Position numbers and translations under genes: made by a program. Positions 39,730-49,683 of a stretch of DNA of 64,000 nucleotides are shown here, piece after piece (positions within the stretch are counted from its first letter, which is position 1; every line of letters begins with the position of its first letter). The stretch covers positions 145,806 through 209,805 of the forward strand of contig CAZKJM010000001.1 of assembly GCA_964553245.1 (NCBI GenBank), given 5' to 3'. The stretch is from an uncultured Gammaproteobacteria bacterium. GTDB lineage: Bacteria; Patescibacteriota; Microgenomatia; Levybacterales; UBA12049. Below the pieces are notes generated by a model. The model was given only the letters and a program-made list of their open reading frames with translations, had not been told where the DNA came from and ran no database searches.

Positions 39730-40941
39730 TTATTGGTATGTGTTTATTGTGCTCGTTAGTAATTTATGAAAATTTGTAAATTGTTTTTTAGAAGAAAAAT
39801 TCTTCTGAACTGTTTTTATTCCCGCTTTTACAAATTTATCTCTTAGTGCTTCGTCGTTAATAAGTTTTTCTATTCGTTGAGCAAGAATACTCGCATCATC
39901 GGGCTGGACTAGATAGCCATTGTAAGAATCGCTTATTATTTCTGGTATTCCACCAACTTTTGTTCCTATGACCGGAATTCCGCAACTCATTGCCTCAATA
40001 AATACTTGTCCAAAAGTTTCATTTTCAGAAGGTAATACGAATAAATCAACTTCTTTATAAACACCAGACATTTCTTTAAGCTTAAAAGTTTTTACAATTG
40101 TTTGTTTTTCAATTCCATGAAGTTTTATATACCCCATAAGCATTTCATACGATCCTTCAAACTCCTTCTTTAAAATTTCAGGAGGAACACCTACTGCAAT
40201 CAATAAATATAAATTCGGGTATCTTGTATGGATTTTTGAGAATGTCCTAATTAAATTAACGACTCCTTTTTCGCAAAGTATATTTTTGGTACCTCTTATA
40301 ATTCTTGTTGCGGTCAAAATAATTTTAGAATTATCGGGTATTCCTATTTGTTTTCTTAGCTTGCGTTCAAAATTTAAGCTATTATTAAACTCATGCATAT
40401 TAACTCCTAAATAATGTGTGTCTAAAACATTTACGTCTGTTCCTTTTTGAAAACAATCGCCTGCAACGCTTTGACTAACACAGCTAACTCTACTCCACGT
40501 AAGTTGATTAATAAGCTCTACTTGAAGATCGGATATTGCAAAAGAATGAAGTCTTAGCACTAAAGGAATCTTGTGTGATGCTGCAATCATATTTAAAAAC
40601 AAACTATACACTGCAGGAGGTCCAAACATAATATTTTCCGCACAAATAACATTAATTTTTTGTTCTTTAATAATTTTTTCTACCAGCCCTGCGAATTTTT
40701 CAAATTTTTCGGACATCTCCGTTCGGTGATGAATAATATCGCGCGGTATTGAAAGACTATTGTCAAACAAAATGGTTATCCTTCCGATTTTTTTTGTTTT
40801 ATTTTTACCGATTGTTGGGATCAATAAAAAAATATCAGAATCTAATCGTTCCTTATAATAATTTATAAGATTTGTTATGTATCTTTCGATTCCCCCTACA
40901 CTTTCATACGGAGAATTAGGGCTAATAAATAAAATGTTCAT
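39730..40941 (-). CDS. GT4 (group 1) glycosyltransferase
   Basis: 403 aa, 'FVLPSENETFGQVFIEAMSCGIPVIGTKVGGIPEII' (EX7E region). Confidence 0.75.
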   Translation of the reverse strand: MNILFISPNSPYESVGGIERYITNLINYYKERLDSDIFLLIPTIGKNKTKKIGRITILFDNSLSIPRDIIHHRTEMSEKFEKFAGLVEKIIKEQKINVICAENIMFGPPAVYSLFLNMIAASHKIPLVLRLHSFAISDLQVELINQLTWSRVSCVSQSVAGDCFQKGTDVNVLDTHYLGVNMHEFNNSLNFERKLRKQIGIPDNSKIILTATRIIRGTKNILCEKGVVNLIRTFSKIHTRYPNLYLLIAVGVPPEILKKEFEGSYEMLMGYIKLHGIEKQTIVKTFKLKEMSGVYKEVDLFVLPSENETFGQVFIEAMSCGIPVIGTKVGGIPEIISDSYNGYLVQPDDASILAQRIEKLINDEALRDKFVKAGIKTVQKNFSSKKQFTNFHKLLTSTINTYQ

Positions 40942-40942
40942 G

Positions 40943-42136
40943 TTATTCTAAAAAGGTTAAGGCTACGCCTTTTTTTCCCGCTCTACCGGTTCTTCCAATC
41001 CTATGAATATAGTCATCGTAAGATTCCGGAGCGTCGTAATTTATTACATGAGTTACGTTTTCTATATCAAGGCCTCGTGAGGCAACATCCGTTGCTATCA
41101 ATATTTGTACCTCATTATTTTTAAACATCTGCAAAGCCCGCTGCCTTTGATTCTGTGTTTTATTACCGTGAATTGCAACAGCTCTAAAACCTCGTTCAAC
41201 TAAAGAATGAGATAACTTCTCCGCTCCCCATTTTGTTCTTCCAAAAATTAAAACCTTATTATAATTTGCTTGTGCTAAGAGATTATGTAAAACGTCTATT
41301 TTAGATTTTTTATTAGCTATCTTTATTACATCCTGTTCTATGTTGTCTGCGGTTTCCTGTTGTTTTACGCTAACAGTTACCGGATTTGAAACAAAGTTTT
41401 GTAAAATTTCTCTTGTTTTAACATCAACCGTTGCTGAAAAAAATAATGATTGCCTATTTTTTGGAAGGAGAGAAACTATATGCTTTATATCATGTATAAA
41501 TCCTATATCAACCATTCTGTCTACCTCATCTAGCACGATGTTTTGGAAAAGCATTAAGTTTAACGATCTTCTTTCTATTAAATCTTTAAGTCTTCCCGGA
41601 GTGCCAATAACAAAATGGGGATTATGTTTTAATCCGTATGTTTGTCTTTTTATATCTGTTCCACCAATCACTGCAACCGCTTCGAGATTCATTCCTTTTG
41701 CAAAAATTTTAAACTCATCTTTAATTTGAATTGCCAATTCTCTTGTCGGAACAATTATTAAAACTCTTTGATTTCGATCAAGATACGACTTATTGATAAG
41801 CGTAATAAGAAAAGCTGCTGTTTTTCCCGTACCTGTATTGGCAATACCTATAACATCTTTCCCTTCCAGTATTTGCGGTATTACTTTTTCTTGAATAGAA
41901 GTAGGATTTACATATCCATGATCTATAATGTTACGTTTTATTTTATCCACAACGTTATAGTCGGAAAATTTTATTCCTGATGACATTTTCTCTATCTGAG
42001 AGTTTTCCTTTTTTGCTTTCCTAATAAAAAAGCTTGGATCAATCTTTTTTATTCTTCTTCGAGGCCTTGAAGAAAAAGCATGATAATTCTTGCCATTTCT
42101 TCCATGGTTATAATTTTTACGTATTTGATTGTACAT
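40943..42136 (-). CDS. DEAD-box ATP-dependent RNA helicase
   Basis: Q-motif 'PTSIQ', motif I 'ANTGTGKTAAF', motif II 'VLDEVDRM', 'SAT', motif VI 'HRIGRTGRAG'. Basic N-terminal extension. The start lies 2 nt after the RRM gene stop. Confidence 0.9.
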   Translation of the reverse strand: MYNQIRKNYNHGRNGKNYHAFSSRPRRRIKKIDPSFFIRKAKKENSQIEKMSSGIKFSDYNVVDKIKRNIIDHGYVNPTSIQEKVIPQILEGKDVIGIANTGTGKTAAFLITLINKSYLDRNQRVLIIVPTRELAIQIKDEFKIFAKGMNLEAVAVIGGTDIKRQTYGLKHNPHFVIGTPGRLKDLIERRSLNLMLFQNIVLDEVDRMVDIGFIHDIKHIVSLLPKNRQSLFFSATVDVKTREILQNFVSNPVTVSVKQQETADNIEQDVIKIANKKSKIDVLHNLLAQANYNKVLIFGRTKWGAEKLSHSLVERGFRAVAIHGNKTQNQRQRALQMFKNNEVQILIATDVASRGLDIENVTHVINYDAPESYDDYIHRIGRTGRAGKKGVALTFLE

Positions 42137-42138
42137 AT

Positions 42139-42396
42139 TTACCTTTCTACTTGAGGTTTTGCCTCTTTTACCGCAATTGAACGACCATTAAGCTCTGAGT
42201 TATTTAATTTATCCATTGCTGTTTTAGCCTCTTGTGGTGTTGTCATTTCAACAAAACCAAAACCTTTTCCAACGCCGGTTGTCCTATCTATAATTACTTT
42301 TGCCGATAAAACTTTACCAATCTTAGAAAAATGTTCTTCAAGCTGCGCGTCTGTTGTTGTGTAATCAAGGCTTCCTATAAATAATTTATTTGTCAT
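42139..42396 (-). CDS. RRM-type RNA-binding protein
   Basis: 85 aa. RNP-2 'LFIGSL', RNP-1 'KGFGFVEM'. Strong Shine-Dalgarno sequence 'AAAGGAGGAAAAC' before the ATG. Confidence 0.9.
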   Translation of the reverse strand: MTNKLFIGSLDYTTTDAQLEEHFSKIGKVLSAKVIIDRTTGVGKGFGFVEMTTPQEAKTAMDKLNNSELNGRSIAVKEAKPQVER

Positions 42397-42582
42397 TTGA
42401 GTTTTCCTCCTTTCGTTAATTTATTAATGATACGAAAGTAACTCTGCTCAAATGTGAAGTGGTTTTAGGTTTAAGATAGATACGTGTGGAAATGTTGAAA
42501 TATCTTTATCTTTATTTAAAAACTAAATCAGTATATAAGCAGATGTACCTTCGTACGATCTGCAACCCTTTGTATTATACCA
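42397..42582 (-). promoter_or_regulatory. Extended -10 promoter (TGgTATAAT) plus a roughly 170 nt structured 5' leader of the RRM/helicase operon
   Basis: Minus-strand 'TGGTATAAT' at 42574..42582. The leader contains the hairpin 'GCAGATCGTACGAAGGTACATCTGC' (42539..42563) near the predicted 5' end. Confidence 0.5.
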
Positions 42583-42780
42583 CGAATATCCCAATTTACC
42601 TAATTATCCAAATCTCGTGCTAAGTATTCTTAATTATCTCTAAGCTTGCAAATGAAACTAAAAAACACTAAGTTTATCGAAGTTGCTGGCATTAGTTGAT
42701 GATTTCCGAACTTTTGAATGGAAATATCCCGAGTTGATTAATCAAAAAACAGAACAATACTTACATTTGTTTAATTAAAT

Positions 42781-43326
42781 TCATTGTCCTCTTAAGAAAA
42801 TTGTTCCTTTTGTATTTTCTGATACTTCATAATCTAAAATCTTCTTAATTTTTTCTATATATTCTTGTGGTTTATCAATGTTATTAAGATATATTTTGTC
42901 TTCCAAAGCAGGACTATATAGAGTTAAAGTGCCATAGTTAAAAATTCTACCTATAAATCCTTGGTCTAAGTCAATTGTTTGAATATGCTGACACGTATAA
43001 GTATTCTCTTTTCTAATAAGAATTCCTCTTTTATGAATTATTTGTCCAGGTGAAACCTCATAATACTCATTTACCCAAGTAAGAGTAATTATTAAAACAA
43101 CAAGAACTTCAAAGAAAATTAACAGTAAAACTATAATTGTGTTTATCGTATAAAGTTGTGTAAATAAATTTTGATTTAAATCTAAGTAAAGTAATGGAAA
43201 TCTTATGAGTATTCTGATTGTTGAAAAAATGAGTATACTAACCACTAGTTTTGATACAAAAGTAAAAACACTACCTCGCAGGAGGATTAGTAATTGTGGG
43301 TAAGATTTTTGTGGGTCCGTCTCCAT
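42781..43326 (-). CDS. Bacterial PH-domain (bPH_2/YdbS-like) membrane protein
   Basis: 181 aa. Two N-terminal TM segments, then 'EYYEVSPGQIIHKRGILIRKENTYTCQHIQTIDLDQGFIGRIFNYGTLTLY'. Upstream on the minus strand: TTGACA-N17-TGTATAAT followed by AGGAG. Confidence 0.7.
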   Translation of the reverse strand: METDPQKSYPQLLILLRGSVFTFVSKLVVSILIFSTIRILIRFPLLYLDLNQNLFTQLYTINTIIVLLLIFFEVLVVLIITLTWVNEYYEVSPGQIIHKRGILIRKENTYTCQHIQTIDLDQGFIGRIFNYGTLTLYSPALEDKIYLNNIDKPQEYIEKIKKILDYEVSENTKGTIFLRGQ

Positions 43327-43388
43327 ACATACTCCTTATCCATAATTATACATCGTAATTTATATTAATTGTCAATACGAAGCTGGCA

Positions 43389-43421
43389 ATAGTTGATTCC
43401 GATTAAATCGGAATTAACTAT
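43389..43421. terminator. Near-perfect 14 to 16 bp hairpin downstream of the GNAT gene
   Basis: 'ATAGTTGATTCCGATT'..'AATCGGAATTAACTAT' are reverse complements with one mismatch. The hairpin lies between the GNAT stop and the PH-domain gene promoter. Confidence 0.5.
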
Positions 43422-43432
43422 GTGGAAACTTT

Positions 43433-43915
43433 TTATAACAATTTCCTATACCAAACAACTTCAAATGAATTATTGCCACCCTCAATGTAATATTCTTTTT
43501 CTGTCTCCATTTTTTTATACCCATTTTTCTCATAAAAGCTCTGTGCCATTTTTTGTTGCGTAGATGTCTTTAGCCGCAGTTCCTTTATTTTGCTTTGTTT
43601 TGCTACTTCTTCTAATCTAGACATTATTTTTTGAGCGTAACCTTTTCTTCTATGATTAGGGTGAGTTCTCATTCTTCTTATCTGCCCTATGCCATCTGAT
43701 ATTTTTTTAAATCCTCCAATTGCTACAATTTCATCGTTTACTACTCCAACCAGAAACTCTCCTTCATTAAAATATGTTCCTTTTATGTCTTCAAAATCTT
43801 TTTCCCACGGTCCACTTCTATATCCTATCTCTGAATGGACAGATGCTAATTCATAGAGTTTCTTAACTCCCTCTTTGTCTGAAGTTTTGTATCTTCTTAT
43901 TGTAAAATCGCTCAC
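43433..43915 (-). CDS. GNAT family N-acetyltransferase
   Basis: 160 aa. Motif A 'IRRMRTHPNHRRKGYAQKIMSRLEE'. Confidence 0.8.
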   Translation of the reverse strand: MSDFTIRRYKTSDKEGVKKLYELASVHSEIGYRSGPWEKDFEDIKGTYFNEGEFLVGVVNDEIVAIGGFKKISDGIGQIRRMRTHPNHRRKGYAQKIMSRLEEVAKQSKIKELRLKTSTQQKMAQSFYEKNGYKKMETEKEYYIEGGNNSFEVVWYRKLL

Positions 43916-43950
43916 TGGTGAAATTATATCATTTTGAGGCTAATCCGAAG

Positions 43951-44021
43951 CTGCGGGACTTGGATTCGAACCAAGATAAACGGATTCAGAGTCCGTTGTA
44001 CTACCATTATACGATCCCGCA
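43951..44021 (-). tRNA. tRNA-Gln (anticodon CUG)
   Basis: Hand-folded from the reverse complement. Acceptor TGCGGGA/TCCCGCA with U1-A72 and discriminator G73 (tRNA-Gln identity elements). Anticodon stem ACGGA/TCCGT with loop CTCTGAA. T-arm CTTGG-TTCGAAT-CCAAG. Confidence 0.8.
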
Positions 44022-44057
44022 AAGTAAGCTAATTTTACTAAAATTGAAGATAAAAAG

Positions 44058-44426
44058 CTATCTAAACAGTTTTAAAATGTAAGGGGTAAAAATTAGAATC
44101 CCAACAACCACTGAACCGATTGCTGTTACCAAAACCATTCCTGCGGAAACATCTTTGGCAATTTTTGCTTCCAACCTATGTTCGTTTGTAATTAAGTTTG
44201 TCATTTCTTCTAATGCCGTATTTATCATTTCCGAAGAAATCACTAGAAGAATCATTACTCCTAGAATCCCCATTTCAAATGCGTTAACATGGAAATAAAT
44301 AGAAGTAATAATTACCAAAATTGCTGCTACGAAATGAATTCTTAAATTCTGATTACGTTTAAGTGCATAATATATACCTTCGAATGCAAATACAAATGAT
44401 TGAATTAATTTTCTGTTGTTAATCAT
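44058..44426 (-). CDS. dgkA: Diacylglycerol/undecaprenol kinase, DgkA family
   Basis: 122 aa, 3 TM segments. 'SSEMINTALEEMTNLIT' and 'AKDVSAGMVLVTAIG' match prokaryotic DgkA. Confidence 0.8.
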   Translation of the reverse strand: MINNRKLIQSFVFAFEGIYYALKRNQNLRIHFVAAILVIITSIYFHVNAFEMGILGVMILLVISSEMINTALEEMTNLITNEHRLEAKIAKDVSAGMVLVTAIGSVVVGILIFTPYILKLFR

Positions 44427-45034
44427 ATATACGTACCGTACTCTATTATTTTAGCTGCCATTAAAAAAGTTGCAAGCGTTACTAATGTCCCAAGAATGCT
44501 ACCAAAAACTAGTTCTTTTTTTGTATGTCTTTTAAGGCATAACCTTGACCAAGAAACTAAAGGAACTATCCAAAAAGTTAACCAAAAATAATTTATCCCA
44601 AATAAAATGGTTATCGTAACAATAAAAGCGCACAAAGATGCTAGATGAATACTTGCCTTAATATATTTATTTACAAATGTAAATATAATTATTGCCAAAA
44701 ATATTCCAAGACCAACAATTGAAAGATAGAAAAAAATACCCTTAAAAAACAAGGAAATGGTAAGATAAAAAAATGAAAGCACTAATGCAAAATAGTAGAA
44801 TTCTTCACGTTCTTTCTTTTGCGATAAATCACAATCTGAAAAAATCCCCCTTCTAATCCCTAAATAAATTATTAAAAGACCCACGATGACAAAAAATCCG
44901 GAAAAAAATTGCCACTTCAATGCATAAGAAATGTTTTCTGTTTGTTTATAAACGACAATAAATGGAAGAGAAAATAAAAAGATTACGGGGTTAAAAACAA
45001 GCGATACTATTTTTGCAAATAATTTTTTGTTCAT
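44423..45034 (-). CDS. Integral membrane protein, weak PAP2-superfamily-like (putative lipid phosphatase)
   Basis: 203 aa, 5 to 6 TM segments. 'KASIHLAS' and 'SWSRLCLKRHTKKE' loosely resemble PAP2 motifs 2 and 3. The assignment is tentative. Confidence 0.4.
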   Translation of the reverse strand: MNKKLFAKIVSLVFNPVIFLFSLPFIVVYKQTENISYALKWQFFSGFFVIVGLLIIYLGIRRGIFSDCDLSQKKEREEFYYFALVLSFFYLTISLFFKGIFFYLSIVGLGIFLAIIIFTFVNKYIKASIHLASLCAFIVTITILFGINYFWLTFWIVPLVSWSRLCLKRHTKKELVFGSILGTLVTLATFLMAAKIIEYGTYI

Positions 45035-46308
45035 TCTAGAGCGTTTTTTATTATCTCTAATGTTTTTTCTCTTCCCAATATCTCTATTGATTCATTTAAT
45101 GGCGGTGTTATTTTTTTACCAGAAACAGCAACTCTTAAAATCATAAAAAATTCGCTGTTTTTAATCCCTAAACTTTTGGCAAGATTCTGCATTTCTTCTC
45201 CAATAACATTCGCTTTCCATTCTTTAATTTTTTTAAGAGCATCAATGATGGACAAAAGTAGATTTTTATATTTTTCTAAATCAATTTCGTAATTTTTAGA
45301 ACTAGTAAAGAAAAATTCACAAATAGGATAATAATCGGAAAGTTTTTTAATCCTTTCTTGAATTAACGGCGTAGTTTTTTCAATAATTTCCTTATCTAAC
45401 TTGTTTTTATAAAATTCATTAATTCTTGCCGATAAATGAGAAACGTCCATTAATCTTATGTATTCCCCATTCATCCAATCAAGTTTTACTTGATCAAATT
45501 TTGGATTTGCAGTATTAATATCCTTTATTTCAAAAAACTTAATCATCTCTTCCAAAGAAATGATTTCTTTGTTATTTTCCGGTGTCCATCCTAAGGTTGC
45601 TATAAAATTAATAATTGCCTCTTTTAAATATCCCTCGGACTTATAATCCAGCGCTGATTTTGCACCATGTCTTTTGGAAAGTTTTCCTTTATCCGGTCCT
45701 AAAATCACCGGTTGATGCGCAAAATCGGGAATCTTCCAACCAAAACTCTGATAAAGAAAAATGTGTTTTGGGACAGAAGAAATCCATTCTTCCCCTCTTA
45801 TTACATTCGTTATTTCCATTAAATGATCGTCTACTACGTTTGCTAAATGGTAAGTTGGAAAACCATCCTGCTTTAGAATTACAAAGTCTTCTACATTTTC
45901 CCCACTAAATTCAATTTTTTTATTACCTACTAAATCTGTCCATATAAAAATTTTTTCGTCTGGAATTTTTACCCAAATAGCGCCATCTTTTTCATAAGCT
46001 ATTTTTTTATTTAGAAGTATTTGCACATGCTCTTTGTAAATTTCCAACCTTTCTGATTGATGAATAATTTCGCCAACCCAATCCAACCCAAGCCATTCAA
46101 GTGAATCTATAATTGCTTTCTCTGCGTCTTTAACCAGTCGCTTCTGATCTGTATCTTCAATTCTCAGCAAAAATTGACCGTTGTTGTGTTTCGCGAAAAG
46201 ATAATTATAAAGCGCTGTTCTTATCGAGCCGATATGCGGAATTCCAGTCGGGCTTGGCGCAAAACGTGTTTTTACCATATTAAATAGCTTTCTTGCATTG
46301 TACCCCAA
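45031..46308 (-). CDS. gltX: Glutamyl-tRNA synthetase (short form)
   Basis: HIGH motif 'PSPTGIPHIGSIRTALYNY', KMSKS motif 'KLSKRHG'. At 425 aa it is shorter than typical bacterial GluRS. Confidence 0.9.
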   Translation of the reverse strand: MGYNARKLFNMVKTRFAPSPTGIPHIGSIRTALYNYLFAKHNNGQFLLRIEDTDQKRLVKDAEKAIIDSLEWLGLDWVGEIIHQSERLEIYKEHVQILLNKKIAYEKDGAIWVKIPDEKIFIWTDLVGNKKIEFSGENVEDFVILKQDGFPTYHLANVVDDHLMEITNVIRGEEWISSVPKHIFLYQSFGWKIPDFAHQPVILGPDKGKLSKRHGAKSALDYKSEGYLKEAIINFIATLGWTPENNKEIISLEEMIKFFEIKDINTANPKFDQVKLDWMNGEYIRLMDVSHLSARINEFYKNKLDKEIIEKTTPLIQERIKKLSDYYPICEFFFTSSKNYEIDLEKYKNLLLSIIDALKKIKEWKANVIGEEMQNLAKSLGIKNSEFFMILRVAVSGKKITPPLNESIEILGREKTLEIIKNALE

Positions 46309-46332
46309 ATTTAATTTATACTCAATATAAAT

Positions 46333-47379
46333 ATGCCTACGCTAAGCCAAACAACAAAAGAAACGAAATTAATTGCAAGATGGGGAATTATAAGCTTAGT
46401 TTTAATTTTAATTTTATTCTTTGGTATAAAGATTGCCGGTTTTATTAAAGAAGCTTTGTTTCCCACTCCACCCGCTCCTCCAACTGTCAGTTTTGGAAAA
46501 CTAACTCCAATTACTTTCCCGGAAAATAAGAGTATTAAAAGTTTTAGTTATTCTGTAGACACTGTAACCGGAAAATTGCCAAATTTTCCAGACAGAGCAA
46601 AGGTTTTTAAAATGGTAAAGAAAAAATCCGATCTTTTAGCTTTTCAGAGAACAAAAGAAAAAGCCCAAAAATTAGGATTTACAAAAGATCCAATAATGCT
46701 TTCCGAAACAACTTATAAGTGGTCCGATGAAAGTAAACTTCAAAGAATTTTAAACTTAAATACTGTTTCTATGGAATTATCTTTAGATTCGAATTTTTAT
46801 AACGATGAGCAAATCTTATTAGGAAAAAATCTCCCAACGGAAGAAGAAGCAAGGAAAATTTCCGAAGATTTTTTAAATGAAGTTTCTATGCTTCCAGAGG
46901 ATATTGATTTAGAAAAAACAAAAACTACGCTTTTCACATTAAAAAATTATGCATTAATCCCGGCAACAAGTTACGCTGAATCAAGGGTTATTCAAGTGAA
47001 TTTTTTCCAAAAGAACATTGACGAAAAACCTGTTTTTTATAAAAGTCCATACACGCCAAATATTTCGGTTTATATTACGGGAGGAGAAAGAAATAAAGAA
47101 GTTGCAAAAGCCAACTATTTTTATCAGGAAATTTCTAATGAATCAGCAACTTATCCTATTAAAACGGCTAAAGAAGCCCTAGAAGAATTAAAAAATGGAA
47201 AAGGATATTTTGTACAAATTCCACTAGATAAACAAGAAATTAATATAAAAGAAGTTATACTAGGATACTATCTTGAAGATAAGAATCAAGATTATTTAAT
47301 GCCAATAATTATTTTTAAGGGAGATAATGAATTTTACGCGTACGTATCTGCCGTCAGGGACGAATGGCTAAATAATTAA
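46333..47379 (+). CDS. Hypothetical membrane-anchored protein
   Basis: 348 aa. N-terminal TM 'WGIISLVLILILFFGIKIAGFI', then Pro-rich 'PTPPAPPTV'. No motifs recognised. Its 3' end overlaps the convergent dacA-like gene. Confidence 0.5.
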   Translation: MPTLSQTTKETKLIARWGIISLVLILILFFGIKIAGFIKEALFPTPPAPPTVSFGKLTPITFPENKSIKSFSYSVDTVTGKLPNFPDRAKVFKMVKKKSDLLAFQRTKEKAQKLGFTKDPIMLSETTYKWSDESKLQRILNLNTVSMELSLDSNFYNDEQILLGKNLPTEEEARKISEDFLNEVSMLPEDIDLEKTKTTLFTLKNYALIPATSYAESRVIQVNFFQKNIDEKPVFYKSPYTPNISVYITGGERNKEVAKANYFYQEISNESATYPIKTAKEALEELKNGKGYFVQIPLDKQEINIKEVILGYYLEDKNQDYLMPIIIFKGDNEFYAYVSAVRDEWLNN

Positions 47380-48319
47380 CATTTCCCGAAATAAGATTTG
47401 CAATTCTTAATGTATCGTCAAACCTATCCTTGCTGTCCATAACTACCATTATAATTTTTTTTTGTTTTTCACCATTATAAGCAAAAACTGGTTCTAATTT
47501 TGAACTTACCAAAACCTGACCGGCACCGTTCGTAAAACCTGTTTTAACTCCGTTTATTCCATTTACTCCCAAAAGCTTGTTTAAATTATCTACATAATAG
47601 GCGTATTGCCCATCAATACTTGTAAATACTTTACTTTTAGTTGAAACAATCTTTGCTAAAATAGGATTATCCAAGGCAATTATTGCCAGCCTTGCCAATT
47701 CTTTTGGAGTTGTATAGTCACCTTCATCAATAAGTCCGGCAGGATCAACAAAATGAGTATTTTGTAAATTCCATTTTTGGGCATTTTTGTTCATTTTTTC
47801 AATAAATTTATCCTGACCTCCTTCGTAATTTTGCGCTATCGTTAATGCTGCATCGTTTCCCGAAGGAAGAAGCATTGCATACAAAAGACTCTCGAATGTA
47901 ATTTTCTCTCCGACAGTTAAACCTATTAGCGCTCCTTCATCCGTTGCTGTTTTCACAGTCAAAATATCGTTTAAATCGTAAATTTCAAGCGCGGTTAATG
48001 CAGTCATTATTTTTGCCGTGGATGCTGTGGAAAAACGAAGATTTGAATTTTTTTCATATAAAATTACTCCTGAATCGGCATCCATTACCAATGCTCCTCT
48101 TGCGCTAATACCTGGATCATAAAAATATTTAAATTCAGGATAAGAAGAAATATTTATCTTTCCTACTGGATTTTTAAAAGGTTTTATTTTGTGTATTTCA
48201 ATTGCTAAATAAGAATTAGTAATTAGTAACGCTAAAAAAACTGCTATTGAAACTGAAGTTAAAGTAATTTTAAAAACCTTAGGCGAAACTTTATTTTTTA
48301 AGTTTTGAAAACCTTTCAT
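47354..48319 (-). CDS. D-alanyl-D-alanine carboxypeptidase (S11 peptidase, PBP5-like)
   Basis: SxxK 'STASTAKIMT', SxN 'LPSGNDAA', KTG 'GVKTGFT'. N-terminal signal/TM segment. Confidence 0.85.
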   Translation of the reverse strand: MKGFQNLKNKVSPKVFKITLTSVSIAVFLALLITNSYLAIEIHKIKPFKNPVGKINISSYPEFKYFYDPGISARGALVMDADSGVILYEKNSNLRFSTASTAKIMTALTALEIYDLNDILTVKTATDEGALIGLTVGEKITFESLLYAMLLPSGNDAALTIAQNYEGGQDKFIEKMNKNAQKWNLQNTHFVDPAGLIDEGDYTTPKELARLAIIALDNPILAKIVSTKSKVFTSIDGQYAYYVDNLNKLLGVNGINGVKTGFTNGAGQVLVSSKLEPVFAYNGEKQKKIIMVVMDSKDRFDDTLRIANLISGNVNYLAIRP

Positions 48320-49649
48320 CTATTCTTTCCATATCTCTTGGGAAAAGACTTGCTTCCCTAACGTTTGATAAGCCAATAATATCCTTTGTAACTCTTTCTA
48401 GTCCGATTGCAAATCCTCCTTCTTTTGGCATTCCGTACTTAAAAGCCTGAAGGTAAAGTTCAAAATTTTCCTTTTTGTATCCCTTATCCTGAATTTTTTC
48501 TAAAAGCATTTTATAATCGTTAATTCTTTGACCTCCAGTTACCCATTCTTCACTAAAACCAAGTAAATCAAAACTTAATGTATATTCAGGATCGTCTGGA
48601 TCAGGCATTGTATAAAAAGGTCTTTTTTTTGTTGGATAATGTGTTATAAAAACAAAAGGCGCTCCTGTTTCTTCCTTCGCCCATTTACATAATTCTTTTT
48701 CATCAATCGGATCTAAATCGGATGCTTTTCTATGATCTTCTTTTGTTCTTTTAAAAGCAATTTCCTGAGCTTCTCTAAGCTTAATTCTTGGAAATGGTTT
48801 TGAAATATTAGGCAATTCTATTCCCAAAAGAGTTAACTCGTTTTTGTTTTTTTCATTAATTTCTTTAAGCATGTTTATTATAACCTTTTCTGCCATATCC
48901 ATTACCTCTGTCCATGATTCAATAAAACCCATTTCCGCATCCAAACTAATATACTCCGATAAATGCCTCGTAGTTATAGAAGGCTCTGCCCTGTAGGCAT
49001 GGGCTACTGTAAAAACACGCTCAAAAACCCCAACCATTATCTGCTTATAGAGCTGTGGAGACTGACCCAAATATGCCCTATGACTATAATAATCTATGGG
49101 GAAAACCTCTGCTCCTCCTTCGGTTGCCACAGGTACAATTGTAGGAGGAAATATTTCAATAAACTCTTCTTTAGATAAAGTATCTCTAAAAGACGATACT
49201 ATTGTTTTCTGAATTTTAAACAAAGCAGAAATCTTTGGACTACGTAAAGTCAGAGCTCTATGATCAAGTAAAGTTGGCAATTCAAGATTTAATTCATTCG
49301 AGCCCATATCAAAAGGTAGGGTTTCTGCTTTAGCTATAATCCTAATTTCTTTAGCTTCGAGCTCAAAGCCACCTGAAACTAACTGTTTATTTGCTGATCC
49401 AGAAGGTCTTTTATTGACTTTTCCGGCTATCTCTACAACATATTCCGGTTTTAACTCACAGGCGACATTGTACGCCGTTTCCGATACCTTCGGATTAACC
49501 ACGACCTGAATAATGCCACTTCTGTCCCTAATATCTAAAAAGATCAGCTTCCCATGGTCTCTTCTTAGCCTCACGAAACCCTGAAGACTTATTTGCTGGT
49601 TTACATATTCTGAAGCTAAAGACGCAAGAACTCTTTTTATATTATTCAT
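48291..49649 (-). CDS. aspS: Aspartyl-tRNA synthetase, archaeal/eukaryotic-type (class IIb, short form)
   Basis: 452 aa. N-terminal OB anticodon-binding domain, class II motif 2 'FRAEPSITTRHLSEYISLDAEM', motif 3 'GGFAIGLERV'. It lacks the bacterial-type insertion domain. Confidence 0.85.
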   Translation of the reverse strand: MNNIKRVLASLASEYVNQQISLQGFVRLRRDHGKLIFLDIRDRSGIIQVVVNPKVSETAYNVACELKPEYVVEIAGKVNKRPSGSANKQLVSGGFELEAKEIRIIAKAETLPFDMGSNELNLELPTLLDHRALTLRSPKISALFKIQKTIVSSFRDTLSKEEFIEIFPPTIVPVATEGGAEVFPIDYYSHRAYLGQSPQLYKQIMVGVFERVFTVAHAYRAEPSITTRHLSEYISLDAEMGFIESWTEVMDMAEKVIINMLKEINEKNKNELTLLGIELPNISKPFPRIKLREAQEIAFKRTKEDHRKASDLDPIDEKELCKWAKEETGAPFVFITHYPTKKRPFYTMPDPDDPEYTLSFDLLGFSEEWVTGGQRINDYKMLLEKIQDKGYKKENFELYLQAFKYGMPKEGGFAIGLERVTKDIIGLSNVREASLFPRDMERIDERFSKLKK

Positions 49650-49683
49650 ATTAATAAAGATATCATAGCGTAATTTTCCCTAC

